DNA of 64,000 nucleotides from Candidatus Firestoneibacteriota bacterium (GCA_038042445.1 JBBTED010000027.1:1-64000), one strand, 5' to 3'; positions 10,132-21,246 are shown, counted from the stretch's first letter. Notes: generated from the sequence alone by a model not told the origin. Numbers and translations are program-made.

Positions 10132-11168
10132 ATACTCTCCTTTGCTAGTGAGTTTATAGTCTCAATAAGACTAATTTTTGCCATACAGGTTCTTGAACAA
10201 CGACCACATCCAACGCAAAAATTTCTATTATATTTCTCAATAGGATATTTAAATTTTCTAAAAAGTCTGTGCTGTTGCCGTTTTTTTCTATCCTTGCGGA
10301 AATTTTCTCCACCTGCAACTTCAGCAAATTCCTTAAGCTGACAGGAATCCCACACTCTATACCGCCTGCCCTCTGTTACTGCAAGATTCACTTCATCGCG
10401 AACATCAAAACAATAGCAAGTTGGACAAACATTTGTACAATTTCCACATGAAAGACATCGTTTACCTATATCATCCCAAACAGGACTTTTTACTGTTCTT
10501 CCAAGCAATACACCAATTTCATTTTCAGCAACATTTAATTGTTTATTAAAAACATTAGTCTTATCTGTACGTATTCTATTCACTTTACTTATATATTCTG
10601 AATCTGCATCAACAAATATTTTGTCATTTGCAACAACATTTAACCCTTCTTGTGAATTCACGTGAACTAAATACTGATTGCCAATATCAGTCAACATTAA
10701 ATCATATCCACCTTTTGGATTATGTGTTCCCATAGTTACACAAGTAGCATATTCATCACAAGGTTTTAAACACTCTATTCCGATTATCAATATATTTTTA
10801 TTTCTTTCAAAAAAATTGTTATCTTTTGGCTCAATATCACAAGCATTCTCAAGACAAATCACACCTGCAATATCACAAGTATGTGCTCCAAATACTACAG
10901 TAAAATTGTTACTAACATCAACCTCTTTACCTTTAGTTTCTCCAAAAGAAAAGTTAAGTAAATTTTCCTCCTGTGGCAAATAATATTTTTTAAGTGCTAA
11001 AACAGGTGGTTTGTGTTCTAACTTTAACTCATCAGGAGAATCTAAATCTCCATATACAAACTGATTTTCTTTTGCTTTAGGTCCCACAACTTTATACTGC
11101 TTGTTTTTCAACCAGACTACTAACTCTGATATTTTCAGCTTCTCTATCAAACTATATTTCATAATCAC
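10128..11168 (-). CDS. hydB: group 3b hydrogenase beta subunit (4Fe-4S)
   Basis: CLSCGNCTNVCPTCYC and CVGCGRCSRTC. Confidence 0.92.
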   Translation of the reverse strand: MIMKYSLIEKLKISELVVWLKNKQYKVVGPKAKENQFVYGDLDSPDELKLEHKPPVLALKKYYLPQEENLLNFSFGETKGKEVDVSNNFTVVFGAHTCDIAGVICLENACDIEPKDNNFFERNKNILIIGIECLKPCDEYATCVTMGTHNPKGGYDLMLTDIGNQYLVHVNSQEGLNVVANDKIFVDADSEYISKVNRIRTDKTNVFNKQLNVAENEIGVLLGRTVKSPVWDDIGKRCLSCGNCTNVCPTCYCFDVRDEVNLAVTEGRRYRVWDSCQLKEFAEVAGGENFRKDRKKRQQHRLFRKFKYPIEKYNRNFCVGCGRCSRTCMAKISLIETINSLAKESI

Positions 11169-11248
11169 CTCTTGCTATAATTTTACATATTGTGAAAAGT
11201 TTTTAACAATATTCCTTTATTTCTTTAATTACATGTATTTTAAAATTT

Positions 11249-11299
11249 GTAGTCGCTCATTTATGAGCATAATTTAAAAGCCGATAAATCGGCAACTAC
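11249..11299. repeat. GTAG...CTAC REP-like element (GCCGATAAATCGGC subfamily)
   Basis: same subfamily at about 14577-14597, 25247-25288, 39674-39716 and 40761-40812. Confidence 0.8.
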
Positions 11300-11474
11300 A
11301 AAAAACTTAATACGTTTGTATTAGTTTGCTTTTAATCCCCTGTTTTAAGTTCCCTCTCCCTTATGAAAGAGATTTAACCTTTATTTATCAGTATTTATGA
11401 AATTTTCTTTCATAAAACTTTTTACATTACCTAATTTTATGATTTATGGTTACACCATTCCCTTTGGTTACTGG

Positions 11475-12815
11475 TTAAACAATTGGCAAACTAACAGTAA
11501 ACACTGTTCCTTTACCAAGTTCGCTTTTTACTTCTATTCTTCCACCATATACTTCAACTATTTTTTTTGCAATTGTAAGTCCAAGGCCTGTTCCTTCTTT
11601 TTCCTCCTTTTTTGCATTTTCAGTTCTATAAAATTCATCAAAAATATAAGGTATTTCACTTTCCTGTATTCCTATTCCACTATCTTTTATTTCTATTTTT
11701 ATATTGTCATCTGTTTTACCTGTAATCTCTATAACACCTGAAGAAGGTGTATATTTTATTGCATTATCAATTATATTTATTAAGCTTCCTTCAATTTCAT
11801 CATAACTTGCAAGAATATAAGGCAGGGCAGAATTTAATTTTAAATTCAAATCTATCTTTTTTTCATTTGCTTTTTCCTTCATAAATTCTACAACTTTTGG
11901 TAACATAACATTCAAATCAACTCTTTCCTTCTGCTTAACTATTTTTAGCTCCTCAACTTTAGCCAAATGAAGTAAATCATTTATTAAATCTATAAGTTCT
12001 TTAATTCTGCTTTCAGCTTTTTTTAGCATATCTATTTGTTTTTCAATCGGGCCATAACCGCCAATTACAACAGTCATACAGCTCTTAACAGCATTTATTG
12101 GTGCTCTAAGCTGATGCACTACTTTTCTTACAAATTCTGATTTCATCTTATCCATTTCTTGCAATTGCAAATAGCTATTTTCCAGTTTCTTGTTTATTTT
12201 TTGAAGCTGAGAAGTTGTTTCTCCAACAATAAAAGAAACTGCAAAAATCGTGATTATTAAAAATAATAGCATTATTCTTTTATTTTTATATATTTCTTTA
12301 TCTACTGTTTTTAAAGAAACTACTACATCTAAAATTCCCAAGATTTTCTTTTTACTATTGTGACATTTAAAACAAGATTCTTCATTATATATTGGCTGCA
12401 TAACCCCTATAAATCTCTCTTTGTCTTTTCCATCATAAAGTCTTGTCATATCAGTTTGACTCTCTTTTAACCCATCACTTTTATGACAACTTATACATCC
12501 CTCTGAATTTTTATCAACTAAACACCCTTCTTTTTCTATTATAGAAGATACTGTTATTTTGCCTTCTTTGTTTAAAATTCTAACTTCTGTAATTTGCTTA
12601 TTTTCTCCAATATTTTTGATAATCCATTTAACATACTCCTGTTGATTCTCAAGCATATGATATTTAACACTTCTTCTAATTGTATCTGAATACTGAATTG
12701 CATTTTGCTTAATCAATTTTAATATAGTTTTCTCCTGTGATTTAACTATAATAAAAGAAGTAGCTATTAAAATAGCAACAATTGCACCTACAATGTAAAA
12801 AACTGTTTTGTTCAT
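11475..12815 (-). CDS. membrane sensor histidine kinase with a diheme c periplasmic domain
   Basis: TM-(CISCH, CFKCH)-TM; HQLRAP H-box; GTGLGL. Confidence 0.88.
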   Translation of the reverse strand: MNKTVFYIVGAIVAILIATSFIIVKSQEKTILKLIKQNAIQYSDTIRRSVKYHMLENQQEYVKWIIKNIGENKQITEVRILNKEGKITVSSIIEKEGCLVDKNSEGCISCHKSDGLKESQTDMTRLYDGKDKERFIGVMQPIYNEESCFKCHNSKKKILGILDVVVSLKTVDKEIYKNKRIMLLFLIITIFAVSFIVGETTSQLQKINKKLENSYLQLQEMDKMKSEFVRKVVHQLRAPINAVKSCMTVVIGGYGPIEKQIDMLKKAESRIKELIDLINDLLHLAKVEELKIVKQKERVDLNVMLPKVVEFMKEKANEKKIDLNLKLNSALPYILASYDEIEGSLINIIDNAIKYTPSSGVIEITGKTDDNIKIEIKDSGIGIQESEIPYIFDEFYRTENAKKEEKEGTGLGLTIAKKIVEVYGGRIEVKSELGKGTVFTVSLPIV

Positions 12816-12921
12816 AGCTTTGTTAAATTTTGCCCCACTAACTGGTTATTCTGAAATTTTAACAGCTTATACTCTTTGCAAATTGTGTCATAACTGAATA
12901 AATATTAGAATTAATCAATAT

Positions 12922-13908
12922 TTATCCTCCAATCTGACACATAATATTTTTAGAGTATTCTGGAAACGAATGTTTCTCTAAATAATTTCCTTCTGGTTTT
13001 AAATTAATACCAGAAATTATCATATCTTTGAGTTCATTAAAAGATGCATTCGCTCTTAATGGAGTTTTCAAATCTACTTGCTTTGATGAATGCAAACATA
13101 ATTTTAATTTTCCATCAGCAGTTAATCTTAATTTATTGCATTTACTACAAAAAGAATTGCTTACTGGGCTAATAACGCCTATTGTCCCAAGTGCTCCCTG
13201 AAACTTAAAATATTGGGCATGACCAGCACCTGTTATATGATCTGTCTTATACAATTTACCAAATACCATTAACTTTGCTTTTATTTCAGCACTCGAGATA
13301 AATTTGTCTTTGTCCCAACCAATACTATTTTGAGTTGGCATATACTCTATAAACCTAATTTCATAAGGATTCTCAATACTCAATCTTGCGAAATCAAGAA
13401 TTTCATCATCATTTATTCCTCTAATAACAACTGTATTAATTTTGACAGGAGAAAATTTCAATTTTCTGACCTCATTAAGACCATCAAGTACTTCTCTTAA
13501 TTTATCTGCACCTGTTATATATCTAAATTTATCTTTATCCAAAGTATCTATGCTAATATTTAGTCTTCTTAATCCTGTTTTTCTTAGAGCATAAGCATAA
13601 TCCTTTAGCAAAATACCATTTGTTGTAATTGATACATCTTTTATAGCATTTATATTAAAAACTTTAGCAATAAAATCTATTATCCCTTTCCTAAAGAGAG
13701 GTTCTCCACCTGTTATTTTGATTTTCTTTATCCCAAGTGATACAAAAACTGTAAGAAGTTTTAAAATCTCTTCAAACCTTAATATCTCATCGTGTTTTTT
13801 CTGAATAAACCCTAAAGAAGGAACACAATAGATACATCTCAAATTACATCTATCTGTAACTGAAATCCTTAAATAATCTATTTTCCTATTAAATTTATCT
13901 GTAAGCAT
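12922..13908 (-). CDS. moaA: GTP 3',8-cyclase MoaA (paralog 1)
   Basis: CNLRCIYC, C-terminal CxxC...C and IGG end. Confidence 0.95.
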   Translation of the reverse strand: MLTDKFNRKIDYLRISVTDRCNLRCIYCVPSLGFIQKKHDEILRFEEILKLLTVFVSLGIKKIKITGGEPLFRKGIIDFIAKVFNINAIKDVSITTNGILLKDYAYALRKTGLRRLNISIDTLDKDKFRYITGADKLREVLDGLNEVRKLKFSPVKINTVVIRGINDDEILDFARLSIENPYEIRFIEYMPTQNSIGWDKDKFISSAEIKAKLMVFGKLYKTDHITGAGHAQYFKFQGALGTIGVISPVSNSFCSKCNKLRLTADGKLKLCLHSSKQVDLKTPLRANASFNELKDMIISGINLKPEGNYLEKHSFPEYSKNIMCQIGG

Positions 13909-13928
13909 AAGATATTATTAGAAGTATA

Positions 13929-13954
13929 GCATTATGTCAAATTAAACATAACGC
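13929..13954. promoter_or_regulatory. putative ModE box next to the moaA1 promoter
   Basis: GCATTATG-N10-CATAACGC (CxTTAT-N12-ATAACG); extended -10 TGCTATACT on the minus strand overlaps its edge. Confidence 0.6.
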
Positions 13955-13964
13955 TGTAAAAAAA

Positions 13965-14366
13965 TTATTTACGAAACACTTTTTTGAATTTTAAGTTTAC
14001 CATTTCATTGATACCTTTTCTAAATAGTTCATAACGTTTTAAAAATTCTTTTCCCTCTTCAGTTAAGGTTGCTCCGCCTCCGTATTTACCGCCTATTTTG
14101 TATCGAAGAAATTTAACCTTTAAACGTTTTTCTGAAGTTTTAATATATGCCCACGCATGTCTATAAGAGATATTCAGCTTATGTACAGCTTTATTTATAG
14201 AACCAGTCTCCTCTATTGCCTTAAAAAGCTCAACCCTACCATCGCCAAATACTAAATGTCCTTTTTTTTCTATCCAGATTTTTGAACAAGGATATAAATC
14301 CAGCTCTTGCGTGCAAGGGCTGGACAAATTACTTTTTTCTTTCACTGGCTTACTTTTTCTTCTCAT
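13965..14366 (-). CDS. modE: ModE-family HTH regulator (no MOP domains)
   Basis: [19 protein letters not shown]...ISYRHAW and [11 protein letters not shown]. Confidence 0.88.
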   Translation of the reverse strand: MRRKSKPVKEKSNLSSPCTQELDLYPCSKIWIEKKGHLVFGDGRVELFKAIEETGSINKAVHKLNISYRHAWAYIKTSEKRLKVKFLRYKIGGKYGGGATLTEEGKEFLKRYELFRKGINEMVNLKFKKVFRK

Positions 14367-14538
14367 TCTTCGCTGCTTCTTTTACATCATTATTATTCAT
14401 AATTTCTTTTCCTGCGTTTTTAAATTCCTTTATTGCTTTTCCTAAACTCTTAGCAATCTCAGGTAATCGTGAAGCACCAAAGATAAGAAATACAATAATC
14501 AAAATAACTACTAATTCCGGCATTCCAAGTCCAAACAT
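14350..14538 (-). CDS. tatA: Tat translocase subunit TatA (copy 1)
   Basis: [35 protein letters not shown] before the 14538 ATG. Confidence 0.93.
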   Translation of the reverse strand: MFGLGMPELVVILIIVFLIFGASRLPEIAKSLGKAIKEFKNAGKEIMNNNDVKEAAKNEKKK

Positions 14539-14672
14539 TTTTAAAACCTCCTTTAAAAATAGGATTATAAAAAACTGCCGATAAATCGGCAACTACAACA
14601 ACCCAATAAATTTTCTCTCTTATGGTTTATGGTTTTAAGGCAAACCATAAATTGGGTAATTACATACAACAT

Positions 14673-15539
14673 TTATAGAAAAGGATTTTTGTATCCTTTA
14701 CTTATAGCAAGGGTATCTAAATGATAAGTGATATTATCTTCTATTTCCAGATTAACATTCCTGCCTAACAACTTTTCATCTATGGTTTTAATGTACTTAT
14801 TACATACCTTACAAATATCCACCCGATAAACTTTATTACCATTAGCATAAAAATATTCTAACGTATCTTGAGAATTATTTCCACAATAAGCACAACTAAT
14901 CCTTGGAACCAACCATTCTGTCCAACATAAAAAACAAGCAAGTATTCTTTTTCCATCTTCTCTGTTTAATCTACTCATTTTAGGCAAATTACCACATAAC
15001 GGACAAATTGCCTTCGTCCAATACGTTTTGTAATCTATACCATTAAATATTTCCGCTGTCTTCTTATAAAAAACACTTAATGTATGCCATAAAACATAAC
15101 TTAATGTATCTTTCTCAGATTGTGTAATATCTTCTTTGTCTTTTATTACGAAGTCCATTAATTCTGGAAATTTAGTTGGAATCAAATCAGAAATATTCAA
15201 AAATAACTTTTCAAATTTGTCTGTATTTTCTCCTCTTTGTTTCAAAATTTTAATTAGGTCTTTAAATATATTTTCAAAGGAATTTTTATCTATGGACCAG
15301 GTAATAGATTCCATTAAATACCTGCCAGACTTAAGTTCTTGAATAATATCTTCTTTAGATGACAAAATTAATGATGTTTGTCTAATATATTGTTCCTTTA
15401 GATTAAAAACAGAATAAAAAAAATCTAATAACTCAGTGAGTTGGGGCTTTTGTTTTTTGTAATCGTTAATAGCATTTTCTACTTCAATTTTTGAGGCTTT
15501 CATTTTTTGATAGTAGTTTGTCTTTTTCCACCAAACCAC
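14673..15539 (-). CDS. fdhE: formate dehydrogenase accessory protein FdhE (start may be 15503)
   Basis: four CxxC pairs (CPLCG, CFLC.TEW, CAYCG, CKVC..YIK). Confidence 0.9.
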   Translation of the reverse strand: MVWWKKTNYYQKMKASKIEVENAINDYKKQKPQLTELLDFFYSVFNLKEQYIRQTSLILSSKEDIIQELKSGRYLMESITWSIDKNSFENIFKDLIKILKQRGENTDKFEKLFLNISDLIPTKFPELMDFVIKDKEDITQSEKDTLSYVLWHTLSVFYKKTAEIFNGIDYKTYWTKAICPLCGNLPKMSRLNREDGKRILACFLCWTEWLVPRISCAYCGNNSQDTLEYFYANGNKVYRVDICKVCNKYIKTIDEKLLGRNVNLEIEDNITYHLDTLAISKGYKNPFL

Positions 15540-15553
15540 ATTTTCTTAAGAAA

Positions 15554-16696
15554 TTACTCACTGTTTTCCACTTCATGAAAAACATTGAAATATTTTACTA
15601 TTATTCTAAACGCTAATAATCCGCCAGCGATTACTCCAATAGTTATAAAAAATTCAATCAATGATGGAAAATAAACAGTATTGGATTGTCTCATAAGACC
15701 AATAATACTAACATTTATTCTGTTAGTAATAACTCCGATGATAATCATAATGGAAGAAACAAATATCGGTGTAGAACTGTTTTTAAACATTGACATAAAC
15801 AGTAACACAACAGGTATAATCAATCCTATTATAACTTCGAATAAGAACATATTACTTTCTAAACCTCCAGTAAAAACAAAAGGTAATGCTCCTCTATTAA
15901 CTATGTCAATTATTTTAAAAATTAAATATCCTGATAATACAAAAACTTCAAATTTCACAAGTCCAGAAATAATATCTGAATTCAACTTGATATTAAATAT
16001 TTTAGAACTTGTAAAAGATTCAAAAATTACCATTGCTATTCCAACCATCACTGCAGAAAACAAAAATAGGTATGGCAACAATGACGTATACCAAAGCGGA
16101 TGCAATTTATTAGGAAGTATTAAGAAAAGTGAACCTAATGATGATTGATGAAGTGTTGAAAGTATAATACCAGCCATCACAAGTGGAATTGTAACAGCGT
16201 GAATAATTTTAATTAGTTTCGACATCTTAAATCTTTCTAATAAAATAGGGCAAAACTCCAATGCTAATACTGTAGTATATAACATAACACACCATGTAAC
16301 TTCAAAAAGCACAGAATGATGCTGCCACATTACTATAGGATGCCAGAATCTAAAAGAGCGACCTATTTCAAGAAACAGAATTATACTAAACGAAATATAA
16401 CCTAAAAGCCCCATAAGAATTGCACGACGCAAAACAAGATGATACTTTTTAAAATTAAAAATATATACCAACGCTGCAAAAGTAAATCCACATCCTGATA
16501 AAGCAACTAAAGAAAGATCCATACCAATCCATAATCCCCATGGAACCTTATCACTAAGATTAGTAGTTGCTCCTAATCCAACGACAAGTCTGTATATGGC
16601 AGATATTACACCCAATGCAGCCAAAAACATCAATATAATAGTCCCAAAAGTAAACAATGGAATTTTTTTATTATCCATTACTGTAATAGTCTCCAT
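15554..16696 (-). CDS. NrfD/HybB-like membrane anchor
   Basis: about 10 TM; GLGATTNLSD, PWGLW and HQSSLG motifs typical of HybB. Confidence 0.88.
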   Translation of the reverse strand: METITVMDNKKIPLFTFGTIILMFLAALGVISAIYRLVVGLGATTNLSDKVPWGLWIGMDLSLVALSGCGFTFAALVYIFNFKKYHLVLRRAILMGLLGYISFSIILFLEIGRSFRFWHPIVMWQHHSVLFEVTWCVMLYTTVLALEFCPILLERFKMSKLIKIIHAVTIPLVMAGIILSTLHQSSLGSLFLILPNKLHPLWYTSLLPYLFLFSAVMVGIAMVIFESFTSSKIFNIKLNSDIISGLVKFEVFVLSGYLIFKIIDIVNRGALPFVFTGGLESNMFLFEVIIGLIIPVVLLFMSMFKNSSTPIFVSSIMIIIGVITNRINVSIIGLMRQSNTVYFPSLIEFFITIGVIAGGLLAFRIIVKYFNVFHEVENSE

Positions 16697-16699
16697 ATT

Positions 16700-17494
16700 T
16701 TACCCCTCACTTTTATGCGTTTTCTCTAATTTATTAACTTCTTCTTTTCTCTTAGTGATAAACCATAATCCGCTAAGTACTACTGCCAGTCCACCAACTA
16801 CATACGGTATTTTTACAAGTGACTTCCATGTTAAATTAGGTAATGCTTCTTTTGACAGTTGAGTTTTGAAACCTAATTTATCAAAAGAAATACCTGATAT
16901 ATATAACCATGATGTTCCACCAACTTCATCTTTACCATATATATAATTAATATATTTATTAGGATTACTATTTATTCTATTTTCCGCCTCTTTTAAAATA
17001 ATATCATACTCTCCAAATTGTAAAGCATCTGACGGACAAGTTTTTACACAAGAAGGAGTTTCACCTTCAGAAATTCTATCTGCACAGAATGTACATTTTT
17101 TAACAAGTGGAAATGCTTTATTCCATTCAAAAGTAGGAATACTGAAAGGACATGCAAGCATACAATACCTGCAACCAATACACTTTCCACTATCATAAGT
17201 TACAGGACCTTCAGGAGATTTCTTCAATGAGCCAACAAGACACGCTGAAACACAAGCAGGTTCCTTACAATGCATACATTGCGTCTTAATAAAGCCCCAG
17301 AAAAATTTATTGTTTTCTTCTCCCTCAACAAAACGAATTTTTGTATATGTATTGCTTTTAAGAGCTGGTGGATTTTCATAACTGCCTTCACAGGTTGTTA
17401 CCTCTGCATCCAAACCATTCCATTGTTTACATGATACCTGACATCCACGACACCCAATACACTTAGTTAAATCAACTAATACTCCCTTAGGCAT
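16700..17494 (-). CDS. 4x[4Fe-4S] subunit (FdnH/HybA-like) with C-terminal TM
   Basis: CIGCRGC, CMHC..PAC, CIGCRYC, KCTFC. Confidence 0.9.
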   Translation of the reverse strand: MPKGVLVDLTKCIGCRGCQVSCKQWNGLDAEVTTCEGSYENPPALKSNTYTKIRFVEGEENNKFFWGFIKTQCMHCKEPACVSACLVGSLKKSPEGPVTYDSGKCIGCRYCMLACPFSIPTFEWNKAFPLVKKCTFCADRISEGETPSCVKTCPSDALQFGEYDIILKEAENRINSNPNKYINYIYGKDEVGGTSWLYISGISFDKLGFKTQLSKEALPNLTWKSLVKIPYVVGGLAVVLSGLWFITKRKEEVNKLEKTHKSEG

Positions 17495-17505
17495 ACAAAC
17501 CTCCT

Positions 17506-20500
17506 TTATGTTTTACGAATATCACAGAGAAAAACTTTATATTCTGGAATCATAGTGTTACCGTCACCTACATTTGCAGTTAATTGATTTGCAGCATAAT
17601 TCTTGTTATCCGGGCCACCTGTAACATAACCAAAAAAACCAAAATGCCATGGTAATGCAACAACTTCTGTTAATTTACCATCAACATTTAATGCTTGAAT
17701 CCTATCTGTAATACACGCCCTTGCCATACAGTCTCCTCTTAAATTCACAATCTTCACCCATTCACCATTATTTATATTTTTTGCTTTTGCCAATGCAGGG
17801 CTAAGTTCAACGAACATCTCAGGCATAAGTTCTGCAAGCCAAGGCAGGTTACGAGTCATAGGCCCTGCCTGCCAGTGTTCTGTGAGTCTATATGTTGTAG
17901 CAATTATAGGAAACTCTTTTGAATCTATCTGTGCTCTTTTATCCAAATCCGCATCCCATATTTTTATTACTGGATTAATCTGTTGAGACGAAAGTAAGTT
18001 TTTAACTGGACTTTCAAATGGCTCATAGTGCTCTGGAAATGGTCCTTCTTTAGTTGCTCCTTTTGGAACAAAAAATCTTGCATGAAGTTCTGGAAGCATT
18101 ATATATGGTGCTTGTGCAGATTTTTCTGGTGGAACCATATTTCCTGTTTTTGCATCTTTCCATCCAAAATCAGGAATATCATTATTTACCCACTGATTAG
18201 AAACACTATCCCAGTTTACCAATGCTTTTTTATTATTCCATGGCTTACCATTTGTATCCGCTGAACAACGGTTATATATAATTCGTCTGTTAAGTGGCCA
18301 TGCATACGCCCAACCAGAGTATAAACCCAAATTAGATTTGTCTTCTTTATTTCTTTGTGAAGCTTTATTATCCTTTTTATCAGGTCCTGGATAAAAACCA
18401 GACATAATCCAATTTCCGCATGCAGTTGAACCATCATCAGCTAATTTTGTAAAATTTAACAATTGTATCTTATCAGCAACAGTATACCCATTTATTTCTT
18501 TAGCAACCAAATGAACATCTGGTTCATCTCCGTAATCCCAATTTAAGTTTACTATTGGATCTGGAAAAACTGCTTTATTATCTTTCTTGTATAATTTTTT
18601 TAATTCTTTATGTAATTTATTTAGGTACCATAGATCACTTTTTGCATCACCAACAGGTTCTATAGCTTTATATCTCCATTGTATCCATCGTCCGCTATTT
18701 GATATGCTACCTTCTTTTTCAACTGAAGAAGCAGCAGGAAATAGAAATACTTCTGTTTTTATACTTGATGGATCCGCTCCTGGTCTATTCCAGAAAGATG
18801 ATGTTTCTGTTTCCCATAGACTAAAATCAACAAGAAAATCTAAATTCTCTAAACCTTTGAGAGTTAAATTGCTATTTGGACCGCTTACAGCAGGATTCAT
18901 TCCCCAATTTATCAAACCTTTAATTTTACCATCATACATAGCTTCAAATAAAGCAATCCAGGAATAACCGCCTCCCTTATATCCAGAGCCAATTTTAGGA
19001 AGATAATCGTAGCAAAAATCATTTGCCTTTGTTGCTTTATCACCCCAGAATGCTTTTAATAGACTTACAAAAAACTTTGGCTTGTTTGACCAAAAACTTG
19101 TATATGGTGTTTCCTTCTCAAGATATTTTGCTAATGTTGGATGATCAACTGCCTTTGGGCTACTCATATATCCGGGAACAAGATGAAATAGAAGTGCCAT
19201 ATCTGTTGAACCTTGAACATTTGATTCGCCACGCATAGCATTTATTCCACCACCAGGCATACCCATATTACCCAAGAGTAATTGAAGAATTGCATACGAA
19301 CGTATATATTGTGTTGCAGTTGTATGTTGAGTAGCACCCATAGCATAAAGAATTGTTCCTGATTTACCAGATTTTCCAGTTTCACAAAATGCTTTTGCAA
19401 GCTCTTCAAATTTTTCTTTTGTAATACCTGTTATTTTCTGAACTACATTTAGTGTATATCTTGAGTAGTGTTTCTTCATTAACTGAAATACACACTGAGG
19501 ACTCTGTAGTGTTACATCAACTGAAGGTTTTCCCTGCTCATTCTTCTGATAATCCCATGTTGTAACATCATAAGCTCGTTTTTTACTATCATATCCACCA
19601 AACAACCCATCATTAAAACTAAAATTCGGGTCAACCAAAAATGACGCATTTGTATATTCTTTTACATATTGCTCGTGATAAAGTTTGTTTTTAATACAAT
19701 AGTTTATAATACCACCGATTAATGCAATATCTGTTCCCGGTCTTAAACGAACGTATATGTCTGATTTAGAAGCTGATCGTGTAAACCTTGGATCTGCTAC
19801 CAATATTTTTGCTCCGTTTTCTTTAGCCTTCATTATCCACTTAAAAGCCATTGGATGATTTTCAGCTGGATTAGAACCAATAATAAATACGCAATCAGAA
19901 TTTTTTATATCTATCCAATGATTTGTCATAGCACCTCTTCCAAATGAAGGACCAAGTGCAGCCACAGTAGAAGAATGACACAGTCTTGCTTCATGTTCAA
20001 AATATACAACACCTAATGCCCTTGTAAGTTTAGTAATTAGATAGCACTCTTCATTATTTAATGCAGCTCCACCAATACTTGCAATAGCTTCAGTTCTATT
20101 CACTGTAACACCTGCAGGATCAACAGGTATAAAAGATTTGTCTCGAGCAGCTTTTATTCTTTTTGCTACTTCGGAAATAGCCCAGTCTAAATCTTTTTCT
20201 TCCCATACATTGCTTTTAGGTGCACGATATAACATCTTTGTAAGTCTACGAGCATTATTTGGTATTTGATATACAGCACTACCTTTACTACATAGAGAAC
20301 CTTCATTTATAGGATGATCAGAATCACCCTCTGTATTTATTACTTTGCCATCTTCTGTATGAACTATTATTCCACATCCTACTGCGCAAAATGGACAAAT
20401 TGTTGTTGTCTCTTTTGCATATTTAATTTTATAATCAGTTGTTGTTGACTCAGCAGAAAGTAAACTTGGCAATCCAATAACAGCCGGTATGGCACCTCCT

Positions 20501-20538
20501 GTAAATTTGAAAAATTCTCTACGTGTTATATTATTCAT
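17506..20538 (-). CDS. fdnG: Tat-exported formate dehydrogenase alpha subunit (Cys form)
   Basis: TRREFFK, CPFCAVGC, ARLCHSST (TGT codon at 19978-19980), RGESNVQG. Confidence 0.93.
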   Translation of the reverse strand: MNNITRREFFKFTGGAIPAVIGLPSLLSAESTTTDYKIKYAKETTTICPFCAVGCGIIVHTEDGKVINTEGDSDHPINEGSLCSKGSAVYQIPNNARRLTKMLYRAPKSNVWEEKDLDWAISEVAKRIKAARDKSFIPVDPAGVTVNRTEAIASIGGAALNNEECYLITKLTRALGVVYFEHEARLCHSSTVAALGPSFGRGAMTNHWIDIKNSDCVFIIGSNPAENHPMAFKWIMKAKENGAKILVADPRFTRSASKSDIYVRLRPGTDIALIGGIINYCIKNKLYHEQYVKEYTNASFLVDPNFSFNDGLFGGYDSKKRAYDVTTWDYQKNEQGKPSVDVTLQSPQCVFQLMKKHYSRYTLNVVQKITGITKEKFEELAKAFCETGKSGKSGTILYAMGATQHTTATQYIRSYAILQLLLGNMGMPGGGINAMRGESNVQGSTDMALLFHLVPGYMSSPKAVDHPTLAKYLEKETPYTSFWSNKPKFFVSLLKAFWGDKATKANDFCYDYLPKIGSGYKGGGYSWIALFEAMYDGKIKGLINWGMNPAVSGPNSNLTLKGLENLDFLVDFSLWETETSSFWNRPGADPSSIKTEVFLFPAASSVEKEGSISNSGRWIQWRYKAIEPVGDAKSDLWYLNKLHKELKKLYKKDNKAVFPDPIVNLNWDYGDEPDVHLVAKEINGYTVADKIQLLNFTKLADDGSTACGNWIMSGFYPGPDKKDNKASQRNKEDKSNLGLYSGWAYAWPLNRRIIYNRCSADTNGKPWNNKKALVNWDSVSNQWVNNDIPDFGWKDAKTGNMVPPEKSAQAPYIMLPELHARFFVPKGATKEGPFPEHYEPFESPVKNLLSSQQINPVIKIWDADLDKRAQIDSKEFPIIATTYRLTEHWQAGPMTRNLPWLAELMPEMFVELSPALAKAKNINNGEWVKIVNLRGDCMARACITDRIQALNVDGKLTEVVALPWHFGFFGYVTGGPDNKNYAANQLTANVGDGNTMIPEYKVFLCDIRKT

Positions 20539-20550
20539 ACTACATCCTCC

Positions 20551-21195
20551 TCATTCCACATACGGTTCTTTTAAAGCGTGAATTCCATGAATCAGATATT
20601 TTTTGAAATCAAAGTTTGGACTATGTTCTTTTATGTGACATTCCAAACACATTTTCTTAGTTACTTTTGTATTTATATGCGCCTTTTTTTCTTTCAATGT
20701 CTCAGAATTACGAGATGCCATAATATGAAGACTACCAGGGCCATGACAATTTTCACAATTTACATTCTTTAAATCTTCATTATCTTTACCAATTTCATAA
20801 CCACCCGGAAGATTTAAACCAGTAACATGACACTCAAGACATTTTGGATCATTCTCAGACTTTTTTCCCAAAAGCAAATAAAACGCTCTTGCGTGTGGTG
20901 TCTCGGTCCACTGTTTATACTGTTGCAAATGACATATTTTACATGATATACTTCCTACATAATTTACAACCGCATCTGTATTTACCGTTTTATCCGCTTC
21001 TGAAAGTCCTTCTTTTAAATATTTCTGACCTATTTTATTTAAAACTGGTCCTCCTGCAGGATTTGTGTGACAAACTACACATCCTACTTTTTCCTTACGG
21101 CTAAATTCAGGATATGCAAACACACAAACAACACTAAAAACTAAAAATAATGCTGCAATCATTCCAGATAAAATAATTTTATTTTTTGTAGCCAT
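20551..21195 (-). CDS. periplasmic pentaheme cytochrome c
   Basis: signal peptide; CVVCH, CKICH, CLECH, CENCH, CLECH. Confidence 0.88.
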   Translation of the reverse strand: MATKNKIILSGMIAALFLVFSVVCVFAYPEFSRKEKVGCVVCHTNPAGGPVLNKIGQKYLKEGLSEADKTVNTDAVVNYVGSISCKICHLQQYKQWTETPHARAFYLLLGKKSENDPKCLECHVTGLNLPGGYEIGKDNEDLKNVNCENCHGPGSLHIMASRNSETLKEKKAHINTKVTKKMCLECHIKEHSPNFDFKKYLIHGIHALKEPYVE

Positions 21196-21246
21196 TCTTA
21201 CCTCCTACTATAATTTTCCGTATTAGAAATGTAGTGCAAGTCTTTA

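Noticed and set aside
19975..19990. Selenocysteine recoding in FdnG (also checked the hydrogenase L2 motif)
   Set aside because: The codons are Cys and the ORFs are uninterrupted.
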